Source of the DNA: Azolla caroliniana
Taxonomy: Eukaryota; Plantae; Polypodiophyta
Assembly: GCA_043228905.1 (NCBI GenBank)
Contig: JBHGNT010000085.1
Coordinates: 1 to 64,000, forward strand
Direction: 5' to 3'
Length of the DNA: 64,000 nt
Positions 25,500 to 40,914 of the stretch are shown one piece after another. Every line of letters begins with the position of its first letter. The stretch's first letter is position 1. Below the pieces are notes generated by a model. The model did not search any database. It had not been told where the DNA came from and saw only the letters and a list, made by a program, of their open reading frames with translations. Position numbers and translations under genes: made by a program.

Positions 25500-28400
25500 G
25501 AAAATGTTCATACCTGGCTCGTGTAATATCGGATTTTTGTGTTCAAACATGCGAATCGAAGCTAACAACGCTAGCTATGATATGGAATTAAAAATCAAGA
25601 TTTTGAAACTCAGGTCGAGAGACATGACGAAATTACCAAATTTGAGGAGTGAGTTGAGAAGAGCCCTTAAGTAAATGAAAATGTTCATACCTGGCTCGTG
25701 TAATATCGGATTTTTGTGTTCAAACATGCGAATCGAAGCTAACAACGCTAGCTATGATATGGAATTAAAAAATCAAGATTTTGAAACTCAGGTCGAGAGA
25801 CATGACGAAATTACCAAATTTGAGGAGTGAGTTGAGAAGAGCCCTTGAGTAAATGAAAATGTTCATACCTGGCTCGTGTAATATCGGATTTTTGTGTTCA
25901 AACATGCGAATCGAAGATAACAACGCTAGCTATAATATGGAATTAAAAAATCAAGATTTTGAAACTCAGGTCGAGAGACATGACGAAATTACCAAATTTG
26001 AGGAGTCAGTTGAGAGGAGCCCTTGAGTAAATGAAAATGTTCATACCTGGCTCGTGTAATATCGGATTTTTGTGTTCAAACATGCGAATCGAAGCTAACA
26101 ACGCTAGCTATGATATGGAATTAAAAATCAAGATTTTGAAACTCAGATCGACAGACATGACGAAATTACCAAATTTGAGGAGTGAGTTTAGAAGAGCCCT
26201 TGAGTAAATGAAAATGTTCATACCTGGCTCGTGTAATATCGGATTTTTGTGTTCAAACATGCGAATCGAAGATAACAACGCTAGCTATAATATGGAATTA
26301 AAAAATCAAGATTTTGAAACTCAGGTCGAGAGACATGACGAAATTACCAAATTTGAGGAGTCAGTTGAGAGGAGCCCTTGAGTAAATGAAAATGTTCATA
26401 CCTGGCTCGTGTAATATCGGATTTTTGTGTTCAAACATGCGAATCGAAGCTAACAACGCTAGCTATGATATGGAATTAAAAATCAAGATTTTGAAACTCA
26501 GGTCGAGAGACATGACGAAATTACCAAATTTGAGGAGTGAGTTGAGAAGAGCCCTTGAGTAAATGAAAATGTTCATACCTGGCTCGTGTAATATCGGATT
26601 TTTGTGTTCAAACATGCGAATCGAAGCTAACAACGCTAGCTATGATATGGAATGAAAAATCAAGATTTTGAAACTCAGGTCGAGAGACATGACGAAATTA
26701 CCAAATTTGAGGAGTGAGTTGAGAAGAGCCCTTGAGTAAATGAAAATGTTCATACCTGGCTCGTGTAATATCGGATTTTTGTGTTCAAACATGCGAATCG
26801 AAGCTAACAACGCTAGCTATGATATGGAATTAAAAAATCAAGATTTTGAAACTCAGGTCGAGAGACATGACGAAATTACCAAATTTAAGGAGTGACTTGA
26901 GAGGAGCCCTTGAGTAAATGAAAATGTTCATACCTGGCTCGTGTAATATCGGATTTTTGTATTCAAACATGCGTATCGAAGCTAACAACGCTAGCTATGA
27001 TATGGAATTAAAAAATCAAGATTTTGAAACTCCGGTCGAGAGACATGACGAAATTTCCAAATTTGAGGAGTGAGTTGAGAAGAGCTAGGAGGTAAATTAA
27101 AATGTTCATACCTGGCTCGTGTGATATCGGATTTTTGTGTTCAAACATGCGAATCGAAACTAACAACGCTAGCTATGATATGGAATTAAAAAATCAAGAT
27201 TTTGAAATTCGGGTCGAGAGATATGAAGAAATTAGGAAATTTGAGGAGCTAGTGGAGAAGAGCGGGTTAGTAAATTAAAATGTTCATACCTGGCTCGTGT
27301 GATATCGGATTTTTGTGTTGGAAAATGCGAATCGAAGCTAACAACGTTAGCTATTATATGGAATGAAAAAATCAAGATTTTGAAACTCAGGTCGAGAGAC
27401 ATGACGAAATTACCAAATTTGAGGAGTGAGTTGAGAAGAGCCCTTGAGTAAATGAAAATGTTCATACCTGGCTCGTGTAATATCGGATTTTTGTGTTCAA
27501 ACATGCGAATCGAAGATAACAACGCTAGCTATAATATGGAATTAATAAATCAAGATTTTGAAACTCAGGTCGAGAGACATGACGAAATTACCAAATTTGA
27601 GGAGTCAGTTGAGAGGAGCCCTTGAGTAAATGAAAATGTTCATACCTGGCTCGTGTAATATCGGATTTTTGTGTTCAAACATGCGAATCGAAGCTAACAA
27701 CGCTAGCTATGATATGGAATTAAAAATCAAGATTTTGAAACTCAGGTCGAGAGACATGACGAAATTACCAAATTTGAGGAGTGAGTTGAGAAGAGCCCTT
27801 GAGTAAATGAAAATGTTCATACCTGGCTCGTGTAATATCGGATTTTTGTGTTCAAACATGCGAATCGAAGCTAACAACGCTAGCTATGATATGGAATTAA
27901 AAATCAAGATTTTGAAACTCAGGTCGAGAGACATGACGAAATTACCAAATTTGAGGAGTGAGTTGAGAAGAGCCCTTGAGTAAATGAAAATGTTCATACC
28001 TGGCTCGTGTAATATCGGATTTTTGTGTTCAAACATGCGAATCGAAGCTAACAACGCTAGCTATGATATGGAATTAAAAAATCAAGATTTTGAAACTCAG
28101 GTCGAGAGACATGACGAAATTACCAAATTTGAGGAGTGAGTTGAGAAGAGCCCTTGAGTAAATGAAAATGTTCATACCTGGCTCGTGTAATATCGGATTT
28201 TTGTGTTCAAACATGCGAATCGAAGATAACAACGCTAGCTATAATATGGAATTAAAAAATCAAGATTTTGAAACTCAGGTCGAGAGACATGACGAAATTA
28301 CCAAATTTGAGGAGTCAGTTGAGAGGAGCCCTTGAGTAAATGAAAATGTTCATACCTGGCTCGTGTAATATCGGATTTTTGTGTTCAAACATGCGAATCG

Positions 28401-31400
28401 AAGCTAACAACGCTAGCTATGATATGGAATTAAAAATCAAGATTTTGAAACTCAGATCGAGAGACATGACGAAATTACCAAATTTGAGGAGTGAGTTTAG
28501 AAGAGCCCTTGAGTAAATGAAAATGTTCATACCTGGCTCGTGTAATATCTGATTTTTGTGTTCAAACATGCGAATCGAAGATAACAACGCTAGCTATAAT
28601 ATGGAATTAAAAAATCAAGATTTTGAAACTCAGGTCGAGAGACATGACGAAATTACCAAATTTGAGGAGTCAGTTGAGAGGAGCCCTTGAGTAAATGAAA
28701 ATGTTCATACCTGGCTCGTGTAATATCGGATTTTTGTGTTCAAACATGCGAATCGAAGCTAACAACGCTAGCTATGATATGGAATTAAAAATCAAGATTT
28801 TGAAACTCAGGTCGAGAGACATGACGAAATTACCAAATTTGAGGAGTGAGTTGAGAAGAGCCCTTGAGTAAATGAAAATGTTCATACCTGGCTCGTGTAA
28901 TATCGGATTTTTGTGTTCAAACATGCGAATCGAAGCTAACAACGCTAGCTATGATATGGAATTAAAAATCAAGATTTTGAAACTCAGGTCGAGAGACATG
29001 ACGAAATTACCAAATTTGAGGAGTGAGTTGAGAAGAGCCCTTGAGTAAATGAAAATGTTCATACCTGGCTCGTGTAATATCGGATTTTTGTGTTCAAACA
29101 TGCGAATCGAAGCTAACAACGCTAGCTATGATATGGAATTAAAAAATCAAGATTTTGAAACTCAGTTCGAGAGACATGACGAAATTACCAAATTTGAGGA
29201 GTGACTTGAGAGGAGCCCTTGAGTAAATGAAAATGTTCATACCTGGCTCGTGTAATATCGGATTTTTGTATTCAAACATGCGTATCGAAGCTAACAACGC
29301 TAGCTATGATATGGAATTAAAAAATCAAGATTTTGAAACTCCGGTCGAGAGACATGACGAAATTTCCAAATTTGAGGAGTGAGTTGAGAAGAGCTAGGAG
29401 GTAAATTAAAATGTTCATACCTGGCTCGTGTGATATCGGATTTTTGTGTTCAAACATGCGAATCGAAACTAACAACGCTAGCTATGATATGGAATTAAAA
29501 AATCAAGATTTTGAAATTCGGGTCGAGAGATATGAAGAAATTAGGAAATTTGAGGAGCTAGTGGAGAAGAGCGGGTTAGTAAATTAAAATGTTCATACCT
29601 GGCTCGTGTGATATCGGATTTTTGTGTTGGAAAATGCGAATCGAAGCTAACAACGTTAGCTATTATATGGAATGAAAAAATCAAGATTTTGAAACTCAGG
29701 TCGAGAGACATGACGAAATTACCAAATTTGAGGAGTGAGTTGAGAAGAGCCCTTGAGTAAATGAAAATGTTCATACCTGGCTCGTGTAATATCGGATTTT
29801 TGTGTTCAAACATGCGAATCGAAGATAACAACGCTAGCTATAATATGGAATTAATAAATCAAGATTTTGAAACTCAGGTCGAGAGACATGACGAAATTAC
29901 CAAATTTGAGGAGTCAGTTGAGAGGAGCCCTTGAGTAAATGAAAATGTTCATACCTGGCTCGTGTAATATCGGATTTTTGTGTTCAAACATGCGAATCGA
30001 AGCTAACAACGCTAGCTATGATATGGAATTAAAAATCAAGATTTTGAAACTCAGGTCGAGAGACATGACGAAATTACCAAATTTGAGGAGTGAGTTGAGA
30101 AGAGCCCTTGAGTAAATGAAAATGTTCATACCTGGCTCGTGTAATATCGGATTTTTGTGTTCAAACATGCGAATCGAAGCTAACAACGCTAGCTATGATA
30201 TGGAATTAAAAATCAAGATTTTGAAACTCAGGTCGAGAGACATGACGAAATTACCAAATTTGAGGAGTGAGTTGAGAAGAGCCCTTGAGTAAATGAAAAT
30301 GTTCATACCTGGCTCGTGTAATATCGGATTTTTGTGTTCAAACATGCGAATCGAAGCTAACAACGCTAGCTATGATATGGAATTAAAAAATCAAGATTTT
30401 GAAACTCAGGTCGAGAGACATGACGAAATTACCAAATTTGAGGAGTGAGTTGAGAAGAGCCCTTGAGTAAATGAAAATGTTCATACCTGGCTCGTGTAAT
30501 ATCGGATTTTTGTGTTCAAACATGCGAATCGAAGATAACAACGCTAGCTATAATATGGAATTAAAAAATCAAGATTTTGAAACTCAGGTCGAGAGACATG
30601 ACGAAATTACCAAATTTGAGGAGTCAGTTGAGAGGAGCCCTTGAGTAAATGAAAATGTTCATACCTGGCTCGTGTAATATCGGATTTTTGTGTTCAAACA
30701 TGCGAATCGAAGCTAACAACGCTAGCTATGATATGGAATTAAAAATCAAGATTTTGAAACTCAGATCGAGAGACATGACGAAATTACCAAATTTGAGGAG
30801 TGAGTTTAGAAGAGCCCTTGAGTAAATGAAAATGTTCATACCTGGCTCGTGTAATATCTGATTTTTGTGTTCAAACATGCGAATCGAAGATAACAACGCT
30901 AGCTATAATATGGAATTAAAAAATCAAGATTTTGAAACTCAGGTCGAGAGACATGACGAAATTACCAAATTTGAGGAGTCAGTTGAGAGGAGCCCTTGAG
31001 TAAATGAAAATGTTCATACCTGGCTCGTGTAATATCGGATTTTTGTGTTCAAACATGCGAATCGAAGCTAACAACGCTAGCTATGATATGGAATTAAAAA
31101 TCAAGATTTTGAAACTCAGGTCGAGAGACATGACGAAATTACCAAATTTGAGGAGTGAGTTGAGAAGAGCCCTTGAGTAAATGAAAATGTTCATACCTGG
31201 CTCGTGTAATATCGGATTTTTGTGTTCAAACATGCGAATCGAAGCTAACAACGCTAGCTATGATATGGAATTAAAAATCAAGATTTTGAAACTCAGGTCG
31301 AGAGACATGACGAAATTACCAAATTTGAGGAGTGAGTTGAGAAGAGCCCTTGAGTAAATGAAAATGTTCATACCTGGCTCGTGTAATATCGGATTTTTGT

Positions 31401-32100
31401 GTTCAAACATGCGAATCGAAGCTAACAACGCTAGCTATGATATGGAATTAAAAAATCAAGATTTTGAAACTCAGGTCGAGAGACATGACGAAATTACCAA
31501 ATTTGAGGAGTGACTTGAGAGGAGCCCTTGAGTAAATGAAAATGTTCATACCTGGCTCGTGTAATATCGGATTTTTGTATTCAAACATGCGTATCGAAGC
31601 TAACAACGCTAGCTATGATATGGAATTAAAAAATCAAGATTTTGAAACTCCGGTCGAGAGACATGACGAAATTTCCAAATTTGAGGAGTGAGTTGAGAAG
31701 AGCTAGGAGGTAAATTAAAATGTTCATACCTGGCTCGTGTGATATCGGATTTTTGTGTTCAAACATGCGAATCGAAACTAACAACGCTAGCTATGATATG
31801 GAATTAAAAAATCAAGATTTTGAAATTCGGGTCGAGAGATATGAAGAAATTAGGAAATTTGAGGAGCTAGTGGAGAAGAGCGCGTTAGTAAATTAAAATG
31901 TTCATACCTGGCTCGTGTGATATCGGATTTTTGTGTTGGAAAATGCGAATCGAAGCTAACAACGTTAGCTATTATATGGAATGAAAAAATCAAGATTTTG
32001 AAACTCAGGTCGAGAGACATGACGAAATTACCAAATTTGAGGAGTGAGTTGAGAAGAGCCCTTGAGTAAATGAAAATGTTCATACCTGGCTCGTGTAATA
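25500..32100. repeat. 13-monomer higher-order repeat, 2309 bp x about 3 copies
   Basis: Divergent marker monomer at 27232, 29541, 31850 (ORF-track coordinates) and the GAGTTTAG variant at 26187, 28496, 30805 are all spaced by 2309 bp. Confidence 0.92.
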
Positions 32101-35100
32101 TCTGATTTTTGTGTTCAAACATGCGAATCGAAGATAACAACGCTAGCTATAATATGGAATTAAAAAATCAAGATTTTGAAACTCAGGTCGAGAGACATGA
32201 CGAAATTACCAAATTTGAGGAGTCAGTTGAGAGGAGCCCTTGAGTAAATGAAAATGTTCATACCTGGCTCGTGTAATATCGGATTTTTGTGTTCAAACAT
32301 GCGAATCGAAGCTAACAACGCTAGCTATGATATGGAATTAAAAATCAAGATTTTGAAACTCAGGTCGAGAGACATGACGAAATTACCAAATTTGAGGAGT
32401 GAGTTGAGAAGAGCCCTTGAGTAAATGAAAATGTTCATACCTGGCTCGTGTAATATCGGATTTTTGTGTTCAAACATGCGAATCGAAGCTAACAACGCTA
32501 GCTATGATATGGAATTAAAAATCAAGATTTTGAAACTCAGGTCGAGAGACATGACGAAATTACCAAATTTGAGGAGTGAGTTGAGAAGAGCCCTTGAGTA
32601 AATGAAAATGTTCATACCTGGCTCGTGTAATATCGGATTTTTGTGTTCAAACATGCGAATCGAAGCTAACAACGCTAGCTATGATATGGAATTAAAATAT
32701 CAAGATTTTGAAACTCAGGTCGAGAGACATGACGAAATAACCAAATTTGAGGAGTGACTTGAGAGGAGCCCTTGAGTAAATGAAAATGTTCATACCTGGC
32801 TCGTGTAATATCGGATTTTTGTATTCAAACATGCGTATCGAAGCTAACAACGCTAGCTATGATATGGAATTAAAAAATCAAGATTTTGAAACTCCGGTCG
32901 AGAGACATGACGAAATTTCCAAATTTGAGGAGTGAGTTGAGAAGAGCTAGGAGGTAAATTAAAATGTTCATACCTGGCTCGTGTGATATCGGATTTTTGT
33001 GTTCAAACATGCGAATCGAAACTAACAACGCTAGCTATGATATGGAATTAAAAAATCAAGATTTTGAAATTCGGGTCGAGAGATATGAAGAAATTAGGAA
33101 ATTTGAGGAGCTAGTGGAGAAGAGCGGGTTAGTAAATTAAAATGTTCATACCTGGCTCGTGTGATATCGGATTTTTGTGTTGGAAAATGCGAATCGAAGC
33201 TAACAACGTTAGCTATTATATGGAATGAAAAAATCAAGATTTTGAAACTCAGGTCGAGAGACATGACGAAATTACCAAATTTGAGGAGTGAGTTGAGAAG
33301 AGCCCTTGAGTAAATGAAAATGTTCATACCTGGCTCGTGTAATATCGGATTTTTGTGTTCAAACATGCGAATCGAAGATAACAACGCTAGCTATAATATG
33401 GAATTAAAAAATCAAGATTTTGAAACTCAGGTCGAGAGACATGACGAAATTACCAAATTTGAGGAGTCAGTTGAGAGGAGCCCTTGAGTAAATGAAAATG
33501 TTCATACCTGGCTCGTGTAATATCGGATTTTTGTGTTCAAACATGCGAATCGAAGCTAACAACGCTAGCTATGATATGGAATTAAAAATCAAGATTTTGA
33601 AACTCAGGTCGAGAGACATGACGAAATTACCAAATTTGAGGAGTGAGTTGAGAAGAGCCCTTGAGTAAATGAAAATGTTCATACCTGGCTCGTGTAATAT
33701 CGGATTTTTGTGTTCAAACATGCGAATCGAAGCTAACAACGCTAGCTATGATATGGAATTAAAAATCAAGATTTTGAAACTCAGGTCGAGAGACATGACG
33801 AAATTACCAAATTTGAGGAGTGAGTTGAGAAGAGCCCTTGAGTAAATGAAAATGTTCATACCTGGCTCGTGTAATATCGGATTTTTGTGTTCAAACATGC
33901 GAATCGAAGCTAACAACGCTAGCTATGATATGGAATTAAAATATCAAGATTTTGAAACTCAGGTCGAGAGACATGACGAAATAACCAAATTTGAGGAGTG
34001 ACTTGAGAGGAGCCCTTGAGTAAATGAAAATGTTCATACCTGGCTCGTGTAATATCGGATTTTTGTATTCAAACATGCGTATCGAAGCTAACAACGCTAG
34101 CTATGATATGGAATTAAAAAATCAAGATTTTGAAACTCCGGTCGAGAGACATGACGAAATTTCCAAATTTGAGGAGTGAGTTGAGAAGAGCTAGGAGGTA
34201 AATTAAAATGTTCATACCTGGCTCGTGTGATATCGGATTTTTGTGTTCAAACATGCGAATCGAAACTAACAACGCTAGCTATGATATGGAATTAAAAAAT
34301 CAAGATTTTGAAATTCGGGTCGAGAGATATGAAGAAATTAGGAAATTTGAGGAGCTAGTGGAGAAGAGCGGGTTAGTAAATTAAAATGTTCATACCTGGC
34401 TCGTGTGATATCGGATTTTTGTGTTGGAAAATGCGAATCGAAGCTAACAACGTTAGCTATTATATGGAATGAAAAAATCAAGATTTTGAAACTCAGGTCG
34501 AGAGACATGACGAAATTACCAAATTTGAGGAGTGAGTTGAGAAGAGCCCTTGAGTAAATGAAAATGTTCATACCTGGCTCGTGTAATATCGGATTTTTGT
34601 GTTCAAACATGCGAATCGAAGATAACAACGCTAGCTATAATATGGAATTAAAAAATCAAGATTTTGAAACTCAGGTCGAGAGACATGACGAAATTACCAA
34701 ATTTGAGGAGTCAGTTGAGAGGAGCCCTTGAGTAAATGAAAATGTTCATACCTGGCTCGTGTAATATCGGATTTTTGTGTTCAAACATGCGAATCGAAGC
34801 TAACAACGCTAGCTATGATATGGAATTAAAAATCAAGATTTTGAAACTCAGGTCGAGAGACATGACGAAATTACCAAATTTGAGGAGTGAGTTGAGAAGA
34901 GCCCTTGAGTAAATGAAAATGTTCATACCTGGCTCGTGTAATATCGGATTTTTGTGTTCAAACATGCGAATCGAAGCTAACAACGCTAGCTATGATATGG
35001 AATTAAAAATCAAGATTTTGAAACTCAGGTCGAGAGACATGACGAAATTACCAAATTTGAGGAGTGAGTTGAGAAGAGCCCTTGAGTAAATGAAAATGTT

Positions 35101-35760
35101 CATACCTGGCTCGTGTAATATCGGATTTTTGTGTTCAAACATGCGAATCGAAGCTAACAACGCTAGCTATGATATGGAATTAAAAAATCAAGATTTTGAA
35201 ACTCAGGTCGAGAGACATGACGAAATTACCAAATTTCAGGAGTGACTTGAGAGGAGCCCTTGAGTAAATGAAAATGTTCATACCTGGCTCGTGTAATATC
35301 GGATTTTTGTATTCAAACATGCGTATCGAAGCTAACAACGCTAGCTATGATATGGAATTAAAAAATCAAGATTTTGAAACTCCGGTCGAGAGACATGACG
35401 AAATTTCCAAATTTGAGGAGTGAGTTGAGAAGAGCTAGGAGGTAAATTAAAATGTTCATACCTGGCTCGTGTGATATCGGATTTTTGTGTTCAAACATGC
35501 GAATCGAAACTAACAACGCTAGCTATGATATGGAATTAAAAAATCAAGATTTTGAAATTCGGGTCGAGAGATATGAAGAAATTAGGAAATTTGAGGAGCT
35601 AGTGGAGAAGAGCGGGTTAGTAAATTAAAATGTTCATACCTGGCTCGTGTGATATCGGATTTTTGTGTTGGAAAATGCGAATCGAAGCTAACAACGTTAG
35701 CTATTATATGGAATGAAAAAATCAAGATTTTGAAACTCAGGTCGAGAGACATGACGAAAT
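31850..35760. repeat. 7-monomer higher-order repeat, 1244 bp x 3 copies
   Basis: Marker monomer at 31850, 33094, 34338, 35582 (1244 = 7x178 - 2), with the same monomer order in each unit. Confidence 0.93.
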
Positions 35761-38700
35761 TTCCAAATTTGAGGAGTGAGTTGAGAGGAGCCCTTGAGTA
35801 AATGAAAATGTTCATACCTGGCTCGTGTGATATCGGATTTTTGTGTTCAAACATGGCAATCGAAGCTAACAACGCTAGCTATGATATGGAATTAAAAAAT
35901 ACAGATTTTGAAACTCAGATCAAGAGACATGAGGAAATTACCAAATTTGAGGAGTGAGTTGAGAAGAGCTAGGAGGTAAATCAAAATGTTCATACCTGGC
36001 TCGTGTGATATCGAATTTTTGTGTTCAAACATGCGAATCGAAGATAACAACGCTAGCTATAATATGGAATTAAAAAATCAAGATTTTGAAACTCAGGTCG
36101 AGAGACATGACGAAATTACCAAATTTCAGGAGTGAGTTGAGAGGAGCCCTTGAGTAAATGAAAATGTTCATACCTGGCTCGTATCATATCGGATTTTTGT
36201 GTTCAAACATGCGAATCGAAGCTAACAACGCTAGCTATGATATGGAATTAAAAAATCAAGATTTTGAAACTCAGGTCGAGAGACATGACGAAATTACCAA
36301 ATTTGAGGAGTGAGTTGAGAAGAGCTAGGAGGTAAATTAAAATGTTCATACCTGGCTCGTGTGATATCGAATTTTTGTGTTCAAACATGCGAATCGAAGC
36401 TAACAACACTAGCTATGATATGGAATTAAAAAATCAAGATTTTGAAACTCCGGTCGAGAGACATGACGAAATTTCCAAATTTGAGGAGTGAGTTGAGAGG
36501 AGCCCTTGAGTAAATTAAAATGTTCATACCTGGCTCGTGTGATATCGGATTTTTGTGTTCAAACATGGGAATCGAAGCTAACAACGCTAGCTATGATATG
36601 GAATTAAAAAATCAAGATTTTGAAACTCAGATCAAGAGACATGACGAAATTACCAAATTTGAGGAGTGAGTTGAGAAGAGCTAGGAGGTAAATTGAAATG
36701 TTCATACCTGGCTCGTGTGATATCGAATTTTTGTGTTCAAACATGGGAATCGAAGATAACAACGCTAGCTATAATATGGAATTAAAAAATCAAGATTTTG
36801 AAACTCAGGTCGAGAGACATGACGAGATTACCAAATTTGAGGAGTCAGTTGAGAGGAGCCCTTGAGTAAATGAAAATGTTCATACCTGGCTCGTGTAATA
36901 TCGGATTTTTGTGTTCAAACATGCGAATCGAAGCTAACAACGCTAGCTATGATATGGAATTAAAAATCAAGATTTTGAAACTCAGGTCGAGAGACATGAC
37001 GAAATTACCAAATTTCAGGAGTGAGTTGAGAAGAGCCCTTGAGTAAATGAAAATGTTCATACCTGGCTCGTGTAATATCGGATTTTTGTGTTCAAACATG
37101 CGAATCGAAGCTAACAACGCTAGCTATGATATGGAATTAAAAAATCAAGATTTTGAAACTCAGGTCGAGAGACATGACGAGATTACCAAATTTGAGGAGT
37201 CACTTGAGAGGAGCCCTTGAGTAAATGAAAATGTTCATACCTGGCTCGTGTAATATCGGATTTTTGTGTTCAAACATGCGTATCGAAGCTAACAACGCTA
37301 GCTATGATATGGAATTAAAAAATCAAAATTTTGAAACTCCGGTCGAGAGACATGACGAAATTTCCAAATTTGAGGAGTGAGTTGAGAGGAGCCCTTGAGT
37401 AAATTAAAATGTTCATACCTGGCTCGTATCATATCGGATTTTTGTGTTCAAACATGCGAATCAAAGCTAACAACCCTAGCTATGATATGGAATTAAAAAA
37501 TCAAGATTTTGAAACTCAGGTCGAGAGACATGACGAAATTACCAAATTTGAGGAGTGAGTTGAGAAGAGCTAGGAGGTAAATTAAAATGTTCATACCTGG
37601 CTCGTGTGATATCAAATTCTTGTGTTCAAACATGCGAATCGAAGCTAACAACGCTAGCTATGATATGGAATTAAAAAATCAAGATTTTGAAACTCCGGTC
37701 GAGAGACATGACGAAAGTTCCAAATTTGAGGAGTGAGTTGAGAGGAGCCCTTGAGTAAATTAAAATGTTCATACCTGGCTCGTGTGATATCGGATTTTTG
37801 TGTTCAAACATGGGAATCGAAGCTAACAACGCTAGCTATGATATGGAATTAAAAAATCAAGATTTTGAAACTCAGATCAAGAGACATGACGAAATTACCA
37901 AATTTGAGGAGTGAGTTGAGAAGAGCTAGGAGGTAAATTAAAATGGTCATACCTGGCTCGTGTGATATCGGATTTTTGTGTTCAAACATGCGAATCGAAA
38001 CTAACAACGCTAGCTATGATATGGAATTAAAAAATCAAGATTTTGAAATTCGGGTCGAGAGATATGAAGAAATTAGGAAATTTGAGGAGCTAGTGGAGAA
38101 GAGCGGGTTAGTAAATTAAAATGTTCATACCTGGCTCGTGTGATATCGGATTTTTGTGTTGTAAAATGCGAATCGAAGCTAACAACGTTAGCTATTATAT
38201 GGAATGAAAAAATCAAGATTTTGAAACTCAGGTCGAGAGACATGACGAAATTTCCAAATTTGAGGAGTGAGTTGAGAGGAGCCCTTGAGTAAATTAAAAT
38301 GTTCATACCTGGCTCGTGTGATATCGGATTTTTGTGTTCAAACATGGCAATCGAAGCTAACAACGCTAGCTATGATATGGAATTAAAAAATCAAGATTTT
38401 GAAACTCAGATCAAGAGACATGAGGAAATCACCAAATTTGAGGAGTGAGTTGAGAAGAGCTAGGAGGTAAATCAAAATGTTCATACCTGGCTCGTGTGAT
38501 ATCGAATTTTTGTATTCAAACATGCGAATCGAAGATAACAACGCTAGCTATGATATGGAATTAAAAAATCAAGATTTTGAAACTCAGGTCGAGAGACATG
38601 ACGAAATTACCAAATTTGAGGAGTGAGTTGAGAGGAGCCCTTGAGTAAATGAAAATGTTCATACCTGGCTCGTGTAATATCGGATTTTTGTGTTCAAACA

Positions 38701-38939
38701 TGCGAATCGAAGCTAACAACGCTAGCTATGATATGGAATTAAAAATTAAGATTTTGAAACTCAGGTCGAGAGACATGACGAAATTACCAAATTTGAGGAG
38801 TGAGTTGAGAAGAGCCCTTGAGTAAATGAAAATGTTCATACCTGGCTCGTGTAATATCGGATTTTTGTGTTCAAACATGCGAATCGAAGCTAACAACGCT
38901 AGCTATGATATGGAATTAAAAAATCAAGATTTTGAAACT

Positions 38940-40290
38940 CAGGTCGAGAGACATGACGAAATTACCAAATTTGAGGAGTGAGTTGAGAGGAGCCCTTGAG
39001 TAAATGAAAATGTTCATACCTGGCTCGTGTAATATCGGATTTTTGTGTTCAAACATGGCAATCGAAGCTAACAACGCTAGCTATGATATGGAATTAAAAA
39101 ATCAAGATTTTGAAACTCCGGTCGAGAGACATGAGGAAATTACCAAATTTGAGGAGTGAGTTGAGAGGAGCCCTTGAGTAAATGAAAATGTTCATACCTG
39201 GCTCGTGTAATATCGGATTTTTGTGTTCAAACATGCGAATCGAAGCTAACAACGCTAGCTATGATATGGAATTAAAAATTAAGATTTTGAAACTCAGGTC
39301 GAGAGACATGACGAAATTTCCAAATTTGAGGAGTGAGTTGAGAGGAGCCCTTGAGTAAATGAAAATGTTCATACCTGGCTCGTGTAATATCGGATTTTTG
39401 TGTTCAAACATGCGAATCGAAGCTAACAACGCTAGCTATGATATGGAATTAAAAATCAAGATTTTGAAACTCAGGTCGAGAGACATGACGAAATTACCAA
39501 ATTTGAGGAGTGAGTTGAGAAGAGCCCTTGAGTAAATGAAAATGTTCATACCTGGCTCGTGTAATATCGGATTTTTGTGTTCAAACATGCGTATCGAAGC
39601 TAACAACGCTAGCTATGATATGGAATTAAAAAATCAAGATTTTGAAACTCAGGTCGAGAGACATGACGAAATTACCAAATTTGAGGAGTGAGTTGAGAGG
39701 AGCCCTTGAGTAAATGAAAATGTTCATACCTGGCTCGTGTAATATCGGATTTTTGTGTTCAAACATGGCAATCGAAGCTAACAACGCTAGCTATGATATG
39801 GAATTAAAAAATCAAGATTTTGAAACTCCGGTCGAGAGACATGAGGAAATTACCAAATTTGAGGAGTGAGTTGAGAGGAGCCCTTGAGTAAATGAAAATG
39901 TTCATACCTGGCTCGTGTAATATCGGATTTTTGTGTTCAAACATGCGAATCGAAGCTAACAACGCTAGCTATGATATGGAATTAAAAATTAAGATTTTGA
40001 AACTCAGGTCGAGAGACATGACGAAATTTCCAAATTTGAGGAGTGAGTTGAGAGGAGCCCTTGAGTAAATGAAAATGTTCATACCTGGCTCGTGTAATAT
40101 CGGATTTTTGTGTTCAAACATGCGAATCGAAGCTAACAACGCTAGCTATGATATGGAATTAAAAATCAAGATTTTGAAACTCAGGTCGAGAGACATGACG
40201 AAATTACCAAATTTGAGGAGTGAGTTGAGAAGAGCCCTTGAGTAAATGAAAATGTTCATACCTGGCTCGTGTAATATCGGATTTTTGTGT
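38940..40290. repeat. 4-monomer tandem duplication (710-bp period)
   Basis: AAACATGGCA at 39051 and 39761; the following CCGG...ATGAGG and AAAAATTAAG variants also recur at +710. Confidence 0.85.
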
Positions 40291-40914
40291 TCAAACATGG
40301 CAATCGAAGCTAACAACGGTAGCTATGATATGGAATTAAAAAATCAAGATTTTGAAACTCAGATCAAGAGACATGAGGAAATTACCAAATTTGAGGAGTG
40401 AGTTGAGAAGAGCTAGGAGGTAAATCAAAATGTTCATACCTGGCTCGTGTGATATCGAATTTTTGTGTTCAAACATGCGAATCGAAGATAACAACGCTAG
40501 CTATGATATGGAATTAAAAATCAAGATTTTGAAACTCAGGTCGAGAGACATGACGAAATTACCAAATTTGAGGAGTGAGTTGAGAAGAGCCCTTGAGTAA
40601 ATGAAAATGTTCATACCTGGCTCGTGTAATATCGGATTTTTGTATTCAAACATGCGTATCGAAGCTAACAACGCTAGCTATGATATGGAATTAAAAAATC
40701 AAGATTTTGAAACTCCGGTCGAGAGACATGACGAAATTTCCAAATTTGAGGAGTGAGTTGAGAAGAGCTAGGAGGTAAATTAAAATGTTCATACCTGGCT
40801 CGTGTGATATCGGATTTTTGTGTTCAAACATGTGAATTGAAACTAACAACGCTAGCTATGATATGGAATTAAAAAATCAAGATTTTGAAATTCGGGTCGA
40901 GAGATATGAAGAAA

